This document shows, piece by piece, positions 48,077 through 57,799 of a stretch of DNA of 64,000 bases (positions within the stretch are counted from its first letter, which is position 1; each line of letters begins with the position of its first letter). Source of the DNA: Capsulimonadaceae bacterium (GTDB lineage Bacteria > Armatimonadota > Armatimonadia > Armatimonadales > Capsulimonadaceae); NCBI GenBank assembly GCA_965215505.1, contig OZ244065.1, positions 4,320,001 to 4,384,000 on the forward strand. The letters are read 5' to 3'. A model generated the notes under the pieces. It was given only the letters and a program-made list of their open reading frames with translations. It had not been told where the DNA came from and did not search any database. The position numbers and the translations under genes were made by a program.

Positions 48077-49867
48077 ATGACCGAAGCTCAAACAGGGGCG
48101 ACGAACGACCCGGCAGCCCTGATTCACCACCTCTCTCGCCGCGCCATCGAGGCCGACGAGGCGCAGGCGCTGCTCGACGAGATGAACCTGGCCGCCATGG
48201 AGGCCGTCGGTGCGGACCGTGCCTTCATCGCCCTGGCCCACGACGCGACCGGCGAACTGGCCCTGGTCGCGACGGCCGGCTCCGGCTGGACCGACGACTT
48301 CCGCGCCATGCGCCTGCGGATTGACGAGACGGGCCGCAGCGGACGTCCACCCGGCGGGCGGGCGGGGGAGACGCGCAGCGGCATCACCTCCCACGTCGCC
48401 GCCACCGGCCGTCCGTACATCACCGGCGACGTGGACGCCGACCCGTACTACTACGCCTTCTTCGATGACGTGTGCAGCGAGATCGCCGTGCCCCTGCTGG
48501 ACGGCAACGGGCACACGCGGGGCGTCATCAACATCGAGAGCTTCCGGCCCGACCACTTCACCGACGCCCACCTGCGCCTGGTCCAGTCCCTCGCCGACAT
48601 CGCCGTCCTGCGCCTCCTGATGGACGGCTCGCGCGCCCGCGAGGCCGCCCTGGTGGAGATCGGCAAGGACCTGTCCGCCATCGGCGACACCGAGCAGCTC
48701 ATGCGCCGCGTCGTGGACGTCGCCTCGGCCCAGCTCCGCTTTGAAGACTGCTCGCTCTTCGTGCTGGACAAGGACAAGCAGCTCCTCGTCTTGCAGGCCG
48801 CGCGCGGCGGCCTGGCCGGACGCATCGGCACGGCGACCTACCCCGTCGGCGAGGGCCTGACCGGCTGGGTGGCCGAACACGGCGAGCCGATCCGCGTCGG
48901 CAACCCGCGCGACGACCCGCGCTGGAAGGGTCGCTTCGAGGAGTTCCCCATCTCCGACGTCGGCGCGTTCCTCGCCGTCCCCGTCTTCGGGCGCAGCGGC
49001 GTCCTGGGCGTCCTGCGCGTCCTGCGCCGCAAGAGCGTCGCGCCCTGGTTCCGCCGCGAGTTCACCGAGGACGACGAGAGCGTCCTGCTGACCATCGCCT
49101 CCCAGCTCGGCACCGCCATCGAGAACGGGCGCATATTAGACCGCCTGGTCAACACGGAGCGTATGGCCGCCTGGGGCGAGCTGTCCGCCAAGGCCGCGCA
49201 CATGATCGGCAACCGGACCTTCGCCATCAAGGGCGACCTCAACGAGCTGGAATACCGCCTGTCCGATCCCGAGGACCGGCGGCCCGAGTACCGCAAGCTG
49301 GCCGAGGGCATCCGGCACGGCATCTTCCGCCTCGAAGAGATCTTGCAGGAGTTCCGCGACTTCGTCCGCGCCACCCAGATCGCCCTGGCCGAGTACCAGC
49401 TCAACGACCTCATCCGGCAGTGCGTTGACGAGAGTTTCCCCAAGCGCGGCCCGATCACGCTGACCCTGGAGCTTGCCCCGGACCTGCCCCCGATCCTCGC
49501 CGACGCCTCCCGCCTGAAGCGCGCCTTCTCCGAGCTGATCGAGAACTCCCTCTCCTTCCAGCCCGACGGCGGCACCCTCCTCATCCGCACCCGCCGCGCC
49601 GACCCCGTCCAGGCCCACGCCCTGGCCGCGCTCCCGCGCGGCCGCGTCTACCTCCAGGTCGAGTTCCAGGACACCGGCCCCGGCGTCCCCGCCGACCTCA
49701 AGCCGCGCATCTTCACCCCCTTCTTCACTTCCCGCGCACGGGGCCTGGGCCTGGGCCTGAGCATCGTCAAGGGGATACTGGAGGCCCATCGTGGTAACAT
49801 CGTCGAGGTCGGCGCGTTCGGAAAAGGTGCCCACTTCATCGCCTTCCTGCCAGCCAAAGGGGATTAG
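48077..49867 (+). CDS. cytoplasmic GAF-GAF sensor histidine kinase
   Basis: Two GAF domains (SEIAVPL..GVINIES; GEGLTGWVA); H-box AHMIGN; ELIEN, DTGPG, IFTPFFT, GLGLGLSIV. Confidence 0.92.
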   Translation: MTEAQTGATNDPAALIHHLSRRAIEADEAQALLDEMNLAAMEAVGADRAFIALAHDATGELALVATAGSGWTDDFRAMRLRIDETGRSGRPPGGRAGETRSGITSHVAATGRPYITGDVDADPYYYAFFDDVCSEIAVPLLDGNGHTRGVINIESFRPDHFTDAHLRLVQSLADIAVLRLLMDGSRAREAALVEIGKDLSAIGDTEQLMRRVVDVASAQLRFEDCSLFVLDKDKQLLVLQAARGGLAGRIGTATYPVGEGLTGWVAEHGEPIRVGNPRDDPRWKGRFEEFPISDVGAFLAVPVFGRSGVLGVLRVLRRKSVAPWFRREFTEDDESVLLTIASQLGTAIENGRILDRLVNTERMAAWGELSAKAAHMIGNRTFAIKGDLNELEYRLSDPEDRRPEYRKLAEGIRHGIFRLEEILQEFRDFVRATQIALAEYQLNDLIRQCVDESFPKRGPITLTLELAPDLPPILADASRLKRAFSELIENSLSFQPDGGTLLIRTRRADPVQAHALAALPRGRVYLQVEFQDTGPGVPADLKPRIFTPFFTSRARGLGLGLSIVKGILEAHRGNIVEVGAFGKGAHFIAFLPAKGD

Positions 49868-49968
49868 TAGGGTACACGCACTAGATTCAAGGCCATGCGA
49901 CCATGTGGGCTAGGAAGCCGACTGCTGGGACCCGCTATGATAAGCAAATGGCACCAGTCACAGCGTCC

Positions 49969-50430
49969 TCACCGGCCCCGCTCGGCCTCATCCCCAGCCG
50001 TCGCCGGATCAAGGTTCTGCATGACCCGGCGCAGCAGTCGACTCAGGGTTGCGACCTCTTCGGCTGTGAACCCTTGCAGCGCGACCGCGTTCCCCTCCAG
50101 CAAGACCGCCCGCGCGTCGGGGAGCTTCTCTAGGGCGGAAGGCGTCAGGGAGATCAGGCTGCTGCGTTTGTCGTGCGGGTTGGGGGTGCGCCGGATCAGC
50201 CCGTCCCGTTCCATCCGGGCCAGCAGGTGCGTCATGGTCGGCTGCTCGACCTGGGCCAGTTCGGCTAGCTCCTTCTGAGTCAGCGAGGAGCCGTCTTTTA
50301 GCGCGACCAGCACTGGCATCTGGGCGATGGCGAGGCCCAGCGCGTGGAAGCGTTCCTCCCCCCAGCGGGTCATCAGGCGGGCCGACCGGGCGATGAAGTA
50401 ACCCGGTGGCCGATGTGTCTCTGAGTCCAA
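49969..50430 (-). CDS. MarR family regulator
   Basis: LTQKELAELAQVEQPTMTHLLARMERDGLIRRTPNPHDKRSSLISLT. Confidence 0.92.
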   Translation of the reverse strand: MDSETHRPPGYFIARSARLMTRWGEERFHALGLAIAQMPVLVALKDGSSLTQKELAELAQVEQPTMTHLLARMERDGLIRRTPNPHDKRSSLISLTPSALEKLPDARAVLLEGNAVALQGFTAEEVATLSRLLRRVMQNLDPATAGDEAERGR

Positions 50431-50548
50431 GCAAGTCTCCTGAGCGGGGATGTGGCCGCAACGCCTGGAAGCTGAGGCGCGGAATTATTTTAGCACAACA
50501 CCTAATGATTCTACTCCAAAACGATAGTTAGTATGGTATGCTATTTAC

Positions 50549-51751
50549 ATGGTCATCCACGCAACAGACGCGCACAGGAACAAGCCGAGCATCGCCATCG
50601 TCGGGGCCGGTCCCGGCGGTTTGACGCTCGCCTGCATCCTGCACCTCCACGGCCTCCAAGCGACGGTCTTTGAAGGCGAGGCGTTTTCCTCGGCCCGGCC
50701 CCAGGGCTGGTCGCTCGACATGCACCCGGAGGCCGGACAGTATGCCATCGAGTGCGCCGGCCTGACCGCCGAGTTCAAGCGCATCGCGCGCTATGAAGAT
50801 CAGGAGATGCGGGTCTACGACAAGCACGGCACGTTGCGGCTCGCCGACACGGACGTTTCGGAGAAAGACCGCCCCGAGGTGGACCGCGAACAGCTCCGGC
50901 AGATGCTTCTGGACTCGCTCCCGCCAAGCGTCATCCTGTGGGACCATAAACTCAGCGAAGTCCGGCCCCAGGACGATGGGGCCTTTGAACTTGTCTTCCA
51001 GAACGGGACGCGCGGGCGGTTCGACCTGGTCGTCGGGGCGGACGGTGCGTGGTCGCGCGTGCGGCCTCTCGTCTCGGACGCGCGGCCCATTTACAGCGGC
51101 GTCACCATGGTCGCCCTCGGCATTGACGACGCCGACGCGCGCCACCCCCACCTCGCGCGCCTCGTCGGGCATGGCATGATGTTTGCCCTCGGGGACGGCA
51201 GAGCCTTGACCGGCCACCGGAACGCGAACGCACACATCGGCATCTACGCGGGACTGCGCGTACCGGAAGACTGGGCCAAGACCGGCGGCCTTGATATGTC
51301 GTCAAGTAGCGCGATGCGGGCCGGCCTGGCGGCCCACTTTGGTGGCTGGTCTGGCGACCTGCTGCGCTTCATCCATGACTGCGATGACGACATCACGCCC
51401 CGGCCCATCTATGCCCTGCCGATCGGCCACCGCTGGGAACACCGGCCCGGCGTCACACTGCTGGGCGATGCGGCCCATCTGATGTCCCCGTTCTCCGGCG
51501 AGGGCGCAAACCTCGCCCTGCGGGACGCGGCCGACCTCGCCTGCGCCCTGACGGGGGAGGGGGACTGGCGGGCGGCAATCCGGGGCTACGAGACCGTGAT
51601 GTTTGCCCGCGCGGAGGAGGCCGCGGTGGGGGCGGCGGAGGGGATCAATGAAGTCTTCTCCGAAGACGGCCTGACCCACGTTCTCGGCTTCATGGAGCAT
51701 ATGGCCGGGCATCACGGTGACGGAGGGGGCCATGACCTTGAAAATATGTGA
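50549..51751 (+). CDS. FAD-dependent monooxygenase, TetX-like
   Basis: GAGPGG, RPQGWSLDMH, RPEVDR, GADGAWSRVR, LGDAAHLMSPFSGEGANLA. Confidence 0.88.
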   Translation: MVIHATDAHRNKPSIAIVGAGPGGLTLACILHLHGLQATVFEGEAFSSARPQGWSLDMHPEAGQYAIECAGLTAEFKRIARYEDQEMRVYDKHGTLRLADTDVSEKDRPEVDREQLRQMLLDSLPPSVILWDHKLSEVRPQDDGAFELVFQNGTRGRFDLVVGADGAWSRVRPLVSDARPIYSGVTMVALGIDDADARHPHLARLVGHGMMFALGDGRALTGHRNANAHIGIYAGLRVPEDWAKTGGLDMSSSSAMRAGLAAHFGGWSGDLLRFIHDCDDDITPRPIYALPIGHRWEHRPGVTLLGDAAHLMSPFSGEGANLALRDAADLACALTGEGDWRAAIRGYETVMFARAEEAAVGAAEGINEVFSEDGLTHVLGFMEHMAGHHGDGGGHDLENM

Positions 51752-52190
51752 GCTCATCTGCATCATCCTCTCGGCCCTGGTCGCCGGGGTCTTCTGGGGA
51801 CCCTGGGCGGGCCTGACCCGGTCCAACGCCACCTTCGAGCCGGACGTCTTCCTCGCCATCGTGCGCCGGATGAGCCAGAATCTGGCACCCCTGATGACCG
51901 TCCTGATGCCGGTTGCCCTGCTGTCAACAGTCCCGGTCCTGCTCCTCTCGTACAACGGGCATTCGATGACCTTCTTTCTGACCCTGGCGGGCCTCGCCCT
52001 CTTCATCACCGCCCTGGCCGTGACCATGCTCGTCGAGGTCCCCATCGTCAAGCAGATGGAGGCGTGGACGGTCCCCACGCTGCCGGGCGACTGGCGGCAG
52101 CGCCGCGACCGATGGGGGGCGTTCCACGTTGTCCGAGTGGCCTCGTCCCTTGTGGGCCTTGTCTGCCTCCTGGCCGGGGCGATCTTCTAG
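51732..52190 (+). CDS. DUF1772 (anthrone oxygenase-like) membrane protein
   Basis: Four TM segments; VEVPI..W..P.DW..RDRW..HVVR. Confidence 0.8.
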   Translation: MTLKICELICIILSALVAGVFWGPWAGLTRSNATFEPDVFLAIVRRMSQNLAPLMTVLMPVALLSTVPVLLLSYNGHSMTFFLTLAGLALFITALAVTMLVEVPIVKQMEAWTVPTLPGDWRQRRDRWGAFHVVRVASSLVGLVCLLAGAIF

Positions 52191-52234
52191 GGCGTCTCAA
52201 CGCTTCTGCTCCTATAGCCCTTCGTCCACCAGTG

Positions 52235-52813
52235 TTAATGGAGCTTTCCGCCCTTTTCCAGCATTTCGAGCAAGACGGTGAAGCGCCGTGTTCTTATTTC
52301 TGGTTTTCTTGCGGTCTGTAATCGCCAGGCAATTGCGTACACATTTGTTCTGTCGAGTGTCGCAAAGAACGCCTCGGTCTTCTCATTCTGCCGCACGGCT
52401 AATAAGAAATCGTCCGGGATAACCATGTCCTTCGACGAGTCGTAGGCCGCCTGCCAGCGACCATCTTGTTGTGCATCTTCGACTTCAGCAAAGCCGGCCG
52501 GCTGCATCCTTGCCGAGTCGATCAGATGCGCCACCTTCGCGACGTTCCGTTTAGACCACAAGCTTTTAGGCCGCCGTGGTGTAAATTTTTGCAGAAAATA
52601 GTCTTCATTGTAGCTCTTCCGCTGTCCATCAATCCAGCCATAACAGAGCGCCACATCAAGCGCTTCATCGTAGGTGACAGTTGCAATACCAGAAGCTTTT
52701 TTCGCGATCTGTAGCCAGACCCCTTGCTTGGTATGAGAGTGACCTGAAAGCCACTGCTCCCAAGCTAACGAGGATACGAACGATCTGATCTGAGCTTCGG
52801 TATCGCTAGCCAT
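52235..52813 (-). CDS. YdeI/OmpD-associated family protein
   Basis: EALDVALCYGWIDG, FTPRRPKSLWSKRN, M.PAG, IPDDF..AFFATL. Confidence 0.9.
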   Translation of the reverse strand: MASDTEAQIRSFVSSLAWEQWLSGHSHTKQGVWLQIAKKASGIATVTYDEALDVALCYGWIDGQRKSYNEDYFLQKFTPRRPKSLWSKRNVAKVAHLIDSARMQPAGFAEVEDAQQDGRWQAAYDSSKDMVIPDDFLLAVRQNEKTEAFFATLDRTNVYAIAWRLQTARKPEIRTRRFTVLLEMLEKGGKLH

Positions 52814-52893
52814 GATGTGTCCTATTGGGCCTCTGAAGGCGGATGAATGAACTTGACCGTCCATGTTTCCGGGGATGGGTGCGGCCTCCGCCG

Positions 52894-53787
52894 CTACCGG
52901 AACTCTGCGGCATCCGGCCCCATCAGCGCGGACCGTTGCAGCAGCTTCTTGATCGTCCACCCGTCGTCTTGGGTTCCGTTCTCCATGTCGCGGCAGGCCC
53001 CCTCGATGAGCTGTGCCCACCAGAGCGGCGTGATCATCTCCCACTCCTCCGGCTCCAGGGGCGACACCTCGGCATACCCGTGGATGACCTCGTCATACTT
53101 GCCCCGCCAGGAGAGGGCGAAGTCGCCGACGCGGTGGTCCCAATGGCTGAGTTCGAAGTCGAGGATGCCGCTCAAGCGGCCGTCGGCGAAGCGGAGGTTC
53201 CAGGGGGTGAAGTCACCGTGGACGACGAGGCCGGGCCGGGCCGGGAGCTGAAGGCCCGCAACGCGCTCGCGGGCGCGTCCCAGGTGCCACCGGAGAACGC
53301 GCACATCTTCCGGGTATGCCGGCTCATTCCTGGCCAGGGCAGCATCCAGAGCCGGGTCAGCCAGGATTTTCTCACAGCGCCGCCACCCCGCCCGCTGGCC
53401 CATCTCGGGGATCTGTGCCAGACCGGCGTGGAACTGTGCCAGGAGGCGGCCCCGCGCTCGCTGCTCTTCCCGACCGCCGTGCGGGTCAGTCGCCGGGGGG
53501 AGGTCGCCGGGGAGGAACGGGGCGAGGCTCCAGACATGCCCGGCCAGCTCCGTCGGCCCGGCGACCGTAGGCGCGACGGGCCACCCCAGGGCAGCGAGAC
53601 TCGCCACCAGGCGCACTTCGTAGTTGATTAAGGCCCAATCAATCGTGTCCCCCGACTGCCACCACCGGCGCAGCACCCACTGCCGCCGCGACTCGACGAG
53701 CCAGTGCCGGTTGCGCGTACCGCCGAACGGGGCGACGAGGCGGACGCCGAACTGTGCGAGGACTTCATCGTCCGGCGGCATCATCAT
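52894..53787 (-). CDS. aminoglycoside/homoserine-kinase-type phosphotransferase
   Basis: LAQFH, VHGDFTPWNL, GILDFE. Confidence 0.85.
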   Translation of the reverse strand: MMMPPDDEVLAQFGVRLVAPFGGTRNRHWLVESRRQWVLRRWWQSGDTIDWALINYEVRLVASLAALGWPVAPTVAGPTELAGHVWSLAPFLPGDLPPATDPHGGREEQRARGRLLAQFHAGLAQIPEMGQRAGWRRCEKILADPALDAALARNEPAYPEDVRVLRWHLGRARERVAGLQLPARPGLVVHGDFTPWNLRFADGRLSGILDFELSHWDHRVGDFALSWRGKYDEVIHGYAEVSPLEPEEWEMITPLWWAQLIEGACRDMENGTQDDGWTIKKLLQRSALMGPDAAEFR

Positions 53788-54377
53788 CAGGATACGTTCA
53801 GCCTCTCTTCAAGTGCCCGCCGGACGCCCGGCCATTCGTCGTCAATGATGCTGAACCGGACGGAGTTCCTCTTGCGCCCGTCCGGCATGATGCGCTCGTG
53901 CCGGATGATGCCTTCCTCTTTCGCCCCGAGACGGAGGATGGCGCGGCGCGACTTCTCATTGATCTCGTCCGTCGTGAACTGCACGCGCACACAGTTAAGC
54001 TCCTCGAAGGCGTAACTCAGCATCAGGAACTTGGCCTCGGTGTTCACGAACGTCCGCTGCCACGAGGCGGAGAGCCAGGTGTGGCCGATCTCCAGTTTCC
54101 TGTTCTGCCGGTCGATCTTCCAGAAGCGTGTCGCGCCCACGATGCGGTCAGCTTCGATGACTCTGACGACGAAGGGGATCACGGTCCCGCTCGCCCGACC
54201 TTCGAGCGCCGCGCGGATATAGCCCTCCACGGTTTCGGCAGAAGGGACGACCGTAAACGGCAGGTTCCAGAGTTCGCCGTCGGCGGCGGCCTCTACCAAT
54301 GTGGAACCGTCCGACGCCAGAAGCGGTCGGAGCTGGACTCTTGGCCCGGTGAGTGTCTCCATCAACGCTGAGGCCAT
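53787..54377 (-). CDS. GNAT (RimJ/RimL-type) N-acetyltransferase
   Basis: LEIGHTW..QRTFVNTEAKFLML, RVQFTTDEINEKSRRAILRLGAKEEG. Confidence 0.92.
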   Translation of the reverse strand: MASALMETLTGPRVQLRPLLASDGSTLVEAAADGELWNLPFTVVPSAETVEGYIRAALEGRASGTVIPFVVRVIEADRIVGATRFWKIDRQNRKLEIGHTWLSASWQRTFVNTEAKFLMLSYAFEELNCVRVQFTTDEINEKSRRAILRLGAKEEGIIRHERIMPDGRKRNSVRFSIIDDEWPGVRRALEERLNVS

Positions 54378-54458
54378 GAATAAATCCATACGCGGCGGCT
54401 CATCTCTTCTTCCCGAACAAGTCAGCCACCTGGCTGTGGAAGCCCGGCAGCAGATCGT

Positions 54459-54689
54459 TCAGGTCAATCTCCCTTGCGAAGTTGTCAGAATACCGTGGTC
54501 GTCGGCATACGGGCCGATGACACGCCCCAACCAGATCACGATCTGGTCATGCTTGTAGCTTGTCGGCACTTCCTTGATTCTCCCGCCCACTAGCTCCCAT
54601 TTGCGCCCGTCGCGGGGCAGGCGTATCAGGTCCTCATCCGTGATTCGCCCTTCCGTGGTTGTCTTTCGTAGTGCCCCAGCAGCGGCCAT
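54459..54689 (-). pseudogene. truncated Uma2-family endonuclease (N-terminal part only)
   Basis: TDEDLIRLPRDGRKWELVGGRIKEVPT..H matches the Uma2 N-terminus; stops at 76 aa before the PD..E.K core; has its own promoter and AGGAGG RBS. Confidence 0.7.
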
Positions 54690-54806
54690 GGGTGTCCTCC
54701 TGTCTGCTTCTCACTGTCCCCATTATACCGCGCGGCGGGGTGTCCCGTCGCGCCGCCGCTCTTTCCTGTGGTACAATGAAAGGACCCCGATTAGTAAGGA
54801 CCCGCA

Positions 54807-56840
54807 ATGCGCCTTCTGACCATTTTTGCCCTCGGTTTTTCCCTGCTCACACCCTCTTTCGCGGCCCCCGCGCCGCCGGCCTCCGTGCTGGATGCGGCCC
54901 GGCACAAGGTCTACCCGGCCCTCGTCAACATCGCCGTCGTCTTCCGCTACTACAGCAACGGGCGGACGCAGCGCGCCCCGGCGGGCGGCAGCGGCGTCAT
55001 CATCAGCCCGGACGGCTATGTGCTGACCAACTTCCATGTCGCGGGCCACACGACCCACATCACCTGCACCCTGGCGGACGGTGAGGCTCTGGAGGCCCAT
55101 GTGGTGGCCGACGACCCCCTCTCCGACCTCAGCGTGCTGAAGCTGGTCCGGGCCGGCCATGGGCCGCTGCCCTACGCCGCCCTGGGCGACTCGGACAGAT
55201 TGCAGGTCGGGGACGCCGTGCTGGCGATGGGCAACCCGCTGATGCTGTCGTCGTCCATGACCCTGGGCATCGTCTCCAACACCAAGCGCGTCTTCACGGA
55301 CTTTACCGGCACCGAGATGCAGGACGTGGAACTGGACGGCGGCGAGAAGACCGGCACGTTCACCCGCTGGATACAGCACGACGCACTGATCCTGCCCGGT
55401 AACTCGGGCGGGCCGCTGGTGAACCTCGCCGGCGAGGTGGTCGGCATCAACGAATTGGGCGGCGACGGCGTCGGCTTCGCCATCCCCTCCAACCTCGCCC
55501 GGCAGGTCTTCCAGGACGTCATGCACTCCGGCCGGGTGCGGCGCGGCTGGCTGGGCCTGAGCGTCATGCCCGTGGACAAGATGGGGCGGACGACCGGCGC
55601 GCTGGTTTCGTCCGTCACCCCGGCCTCGCCCGCCGCCCGCGCGGGCGTGCAGCCGGGCGACATCCTGCTTGCGCTCGACGACTCCCCGGTCACCGTCCGC
55701 TTCTTCGAGGAGGTCCCCCTGTTCTATCAGCGCGTCGCCCGGCTCCCCGTCGGCCACTCTGCCAGCCTCCGCTTCCTGCGGGACGGCCAGCCGCGCAAGG
55801 TCGTCGTGTCGGTGGCGACGCTGGAGCCGTCGCTGGGCGCGGAACAGGAGTTCCGGGGGATGGGCGTCACGCTCCAGGCCCTCACCCCCGCCATGGCGCT
55901 GGCGCGTCACCTGCCGGACGACCGGGGCGTCCTGGTGACCGGCGTGCGGCCCGGCCAGCCCTTCGAGGCGGCCCAGCCGCCGGTCGCGGCGGAGGACGTC
56001 ATCCTCGCCGTGAACGGCCATTCCACCCCGACCCTCGCCGCCTTCCGCACGGCCGTGGACGCCATCGAGAAGAGTGCCGTGGGCCGCAGCGGCTTCCCCG
56101 TGGCCCTGCGCCGCAAGGACGAGAACCTGATGGTGATCGTCAAGGCCGACACGGACAAGACGCCCGACGACGGCGGCGAGCTGCCCAAAGCCTGGCTCGG
56201 CGTCAAGACGCAGGTGCTGACGCCGGAAGTCGCGGACGCGCTCGGCATGACCGGCCAGACCGGGTTCCGCGTCACCGAGGTCTACCCCTACACCGAGGCG
56301 AGCCGGGCCGGGCTGAAGCCGGGCGACATCATCACCTCGCTCAACGGCACCGCCCTGGAGGCTTCCCACGCCCAGGACGCCGAGGACCTGACCCACGGGG
56401 TCGAGGCATTGGCCGTCGGGGACAAGGCGCAGCTCGGCCTCCGGCGCGGGGCCGTCAAGAGCACCCTCGCCGTCACCCTGGAGCGGACGCCGGACTCGGC
56501 GGTGCAGGCGAAGACCTCCCGCTCCAAGGAGCTTGAGTTCACCACACGCAGCATCACGCTGATGGACAAGGCGGACAACCACTGGCCCGAAAGCCAGCAG
56601 GGCGTCCTGGTGACCGAGGTGACGACGGGCGGCTGGGCCAGCATCGGCGGCCTGCACACCGGCGACCTGATCCTGTCCTTGAACGGCCGCAAGGTGGAAG
56701 ACATCCCCTCGTTCGAGCGCGTCCTGTCGGCACTCGCGCACACGCACCCGAAGGTCGTCACTGTGTTCGTCCGCCGCGACGCCCTGACCCACTTCGTCTT
56801 CATCGAGCCGGACTGGTCCCGTCTGGCCGCGTCCGAATAG
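54807..56840 (+). CDS. secreted trypsin-like serine protease with multiple PDZ domains
   Basis: TNFHV, DLSVLK, PGNSGGP; repeated PDZ motifs (WLGL..GVQPGDI, WLGV..GLKPGDI, GLHTGDL). Confidence 0.92.
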   Translation: MRLLTIFALGFSLLTPSFAAPAPPASVLDAARHKVYPALVNIAVVFRYYSNGRTQRAPAGGSGVIISPDGYVLTNFHVAGHTTHITCTLADGEALEAHVVADDPLSDLSVLKLVRAGHGPLPYAALGDSDRLQVGDAVLAMGNPLMLSSSMTLGIVSNTKRVFTDFTGTEMQDVELDGGEKTGTFTRWIQHDALILPGNSGGPLVNLAGEVVGINELGGDGVGFAIPSNLARQVFQDVMHSGRVRRGWLGLSVMPVDKMGRTTGALVSSVTPASPAARAGVQPGDILLALDDSPVTVRFFEEVPLFYQRVARLPVGHSASLRFLRDGQPRKVVVSVATLEPSLGAEQEFRGMGVTLQALTPAMALARHLPDDRGVLVTGVRPGQPFEAAQPPVAAEDVILAVNGHSTPTLAAFRTAVDAIEKSAVGRSGFPVALRRKDENLMVIVKADTDKTPDDGGELPKAWLGVKTQVLTPEVADALGMTGQTGFRVTEVYPYTEASRAGLKPGDIITSLNGTALEASHAQDAEDLTHGVEALAVGDKAQLGLRRGAVKSTLAVTLERTPDSAVQAKTSRSKELEFTTRSITLMDKADNHWPESQQGVLVTEVTTGGWASIGGLHTGDLILSLNGRKVEDIPSFERVLSALAHTHPKVVTVFVRRDALTHFVFIEPDWSRLAASE

Positions 56841-56880
56841 CAGTCCTCTGACCGTGTTGCTTCCAAGAAAGGCCCTGTTT

Positions 56881-57774
56881 ATGAACCGCCGTATAAAGGT
56901 TTGCATTATCGCAAGCGCGCTCGCCGCGTCCCTCGCCCTGCCCGCCGTCGCCGCCCGCGCCGACGACGTTCCCGCCCAGATCCAGAGCCTCGTCGCCAAA
57001 CAGTCCGCCGCCATCGTGACCGTCAAGGCCGTCCTCAAGATGCAGGCGACGGGCGGCGGTGCCTCCCAGAGCAGCGAGTCCCGGACCGAGATGCAGGGCG
57101 TGGTCGTGGACCCGTCCGGCCTCATCATGGTGTCCAGCGTCCCGTTCTCCCCCGAAAAGCTGATGGAGATGATGGGCATGCCGAAGGACTCCACCTCGGA
57201 CAGCCCCAAGATCACGCCCACCGACTTCAAGGTCGTCTTCGAGCGCGACGAGAAGGAGTACCCCGCCTTCCTCGCCGCCACCGACACCACACTGGGCCTG
57301 ACCTTCATCCAGATCACCGATCTGGCCGGGCGCGTGGTCACGCCCGTCACGTTCGCCGACGCCCCCGCGCCCGCCCTCGGCGACCCCGTTTTCGCCCTGT
57401 CACGCCTCAGCAAAGGCTACGACTACGCCCTGTTCTACGAGAGCGCGCGCGTCAGCGGGTCCATCGCCAAGCCGCGCGCCGCCCTGATGCTGGACGGCGG
57501 GATCTCGGAGCTGGGCCTGCCCATCTTCACCCTGTCCGGTGCCCCCGTCGGCGTCCTGACCAACGTCGCGGCGGGCGTCGCAAGCGGCGAGTCGAACGAG
57601 GCGACGAGCATGCGGATGATGATGCGCCTCTTCGGCGGCGGGGGCGGCGGCAACCGCCCCGGCCTTTTCGTCGTGCCCGGCTCGGTCGTCGGCCCGGTCA
57701 TCGCCCAGGCGAAGGCGCGCGCCGCCGAGATCACCGCCCAGCGCGCCAAGACGCCGGCTGCGCCCGCGAAGTAG
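56881..57774 (+). CDS. secreted trypsin-fold-like protein lacking the catalytic triad
   Basis: Signal peptide; GVVVDPSGLIM, GLPIFTLSGAPVGV scaffold without His/Asp/GNSGG. Confidence 0.7.
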   Translation: MNRRIKVCIIASALAASLALPAVAARADDVPAQIQSLVAKQSAAIVTVKAVLKMQATGGGASQSSESRTEMQGVVVDPSGLIMVSSVPFSPEKLMEMMGMPKDSTSDSPKITPTDFKVVFERDEKEYPAFLAATDTTLGLTFIQITDLAGRVVTPVTFADAPAPALGDPVFALSRLSKGYDYALFYESARVSGSIAKPRAALMLDGGISELGLPIFTLSGAPVGVLTNVAAGVASGESNEATSMRMMMRLFGGGGGGNRPGLFVVPGSVVGPVIAQAKARAAEITAQRAKTPAAPAK

Positions 57775-57799
57775 GGGAAGAGAAGACTAAGAGAAGAAA

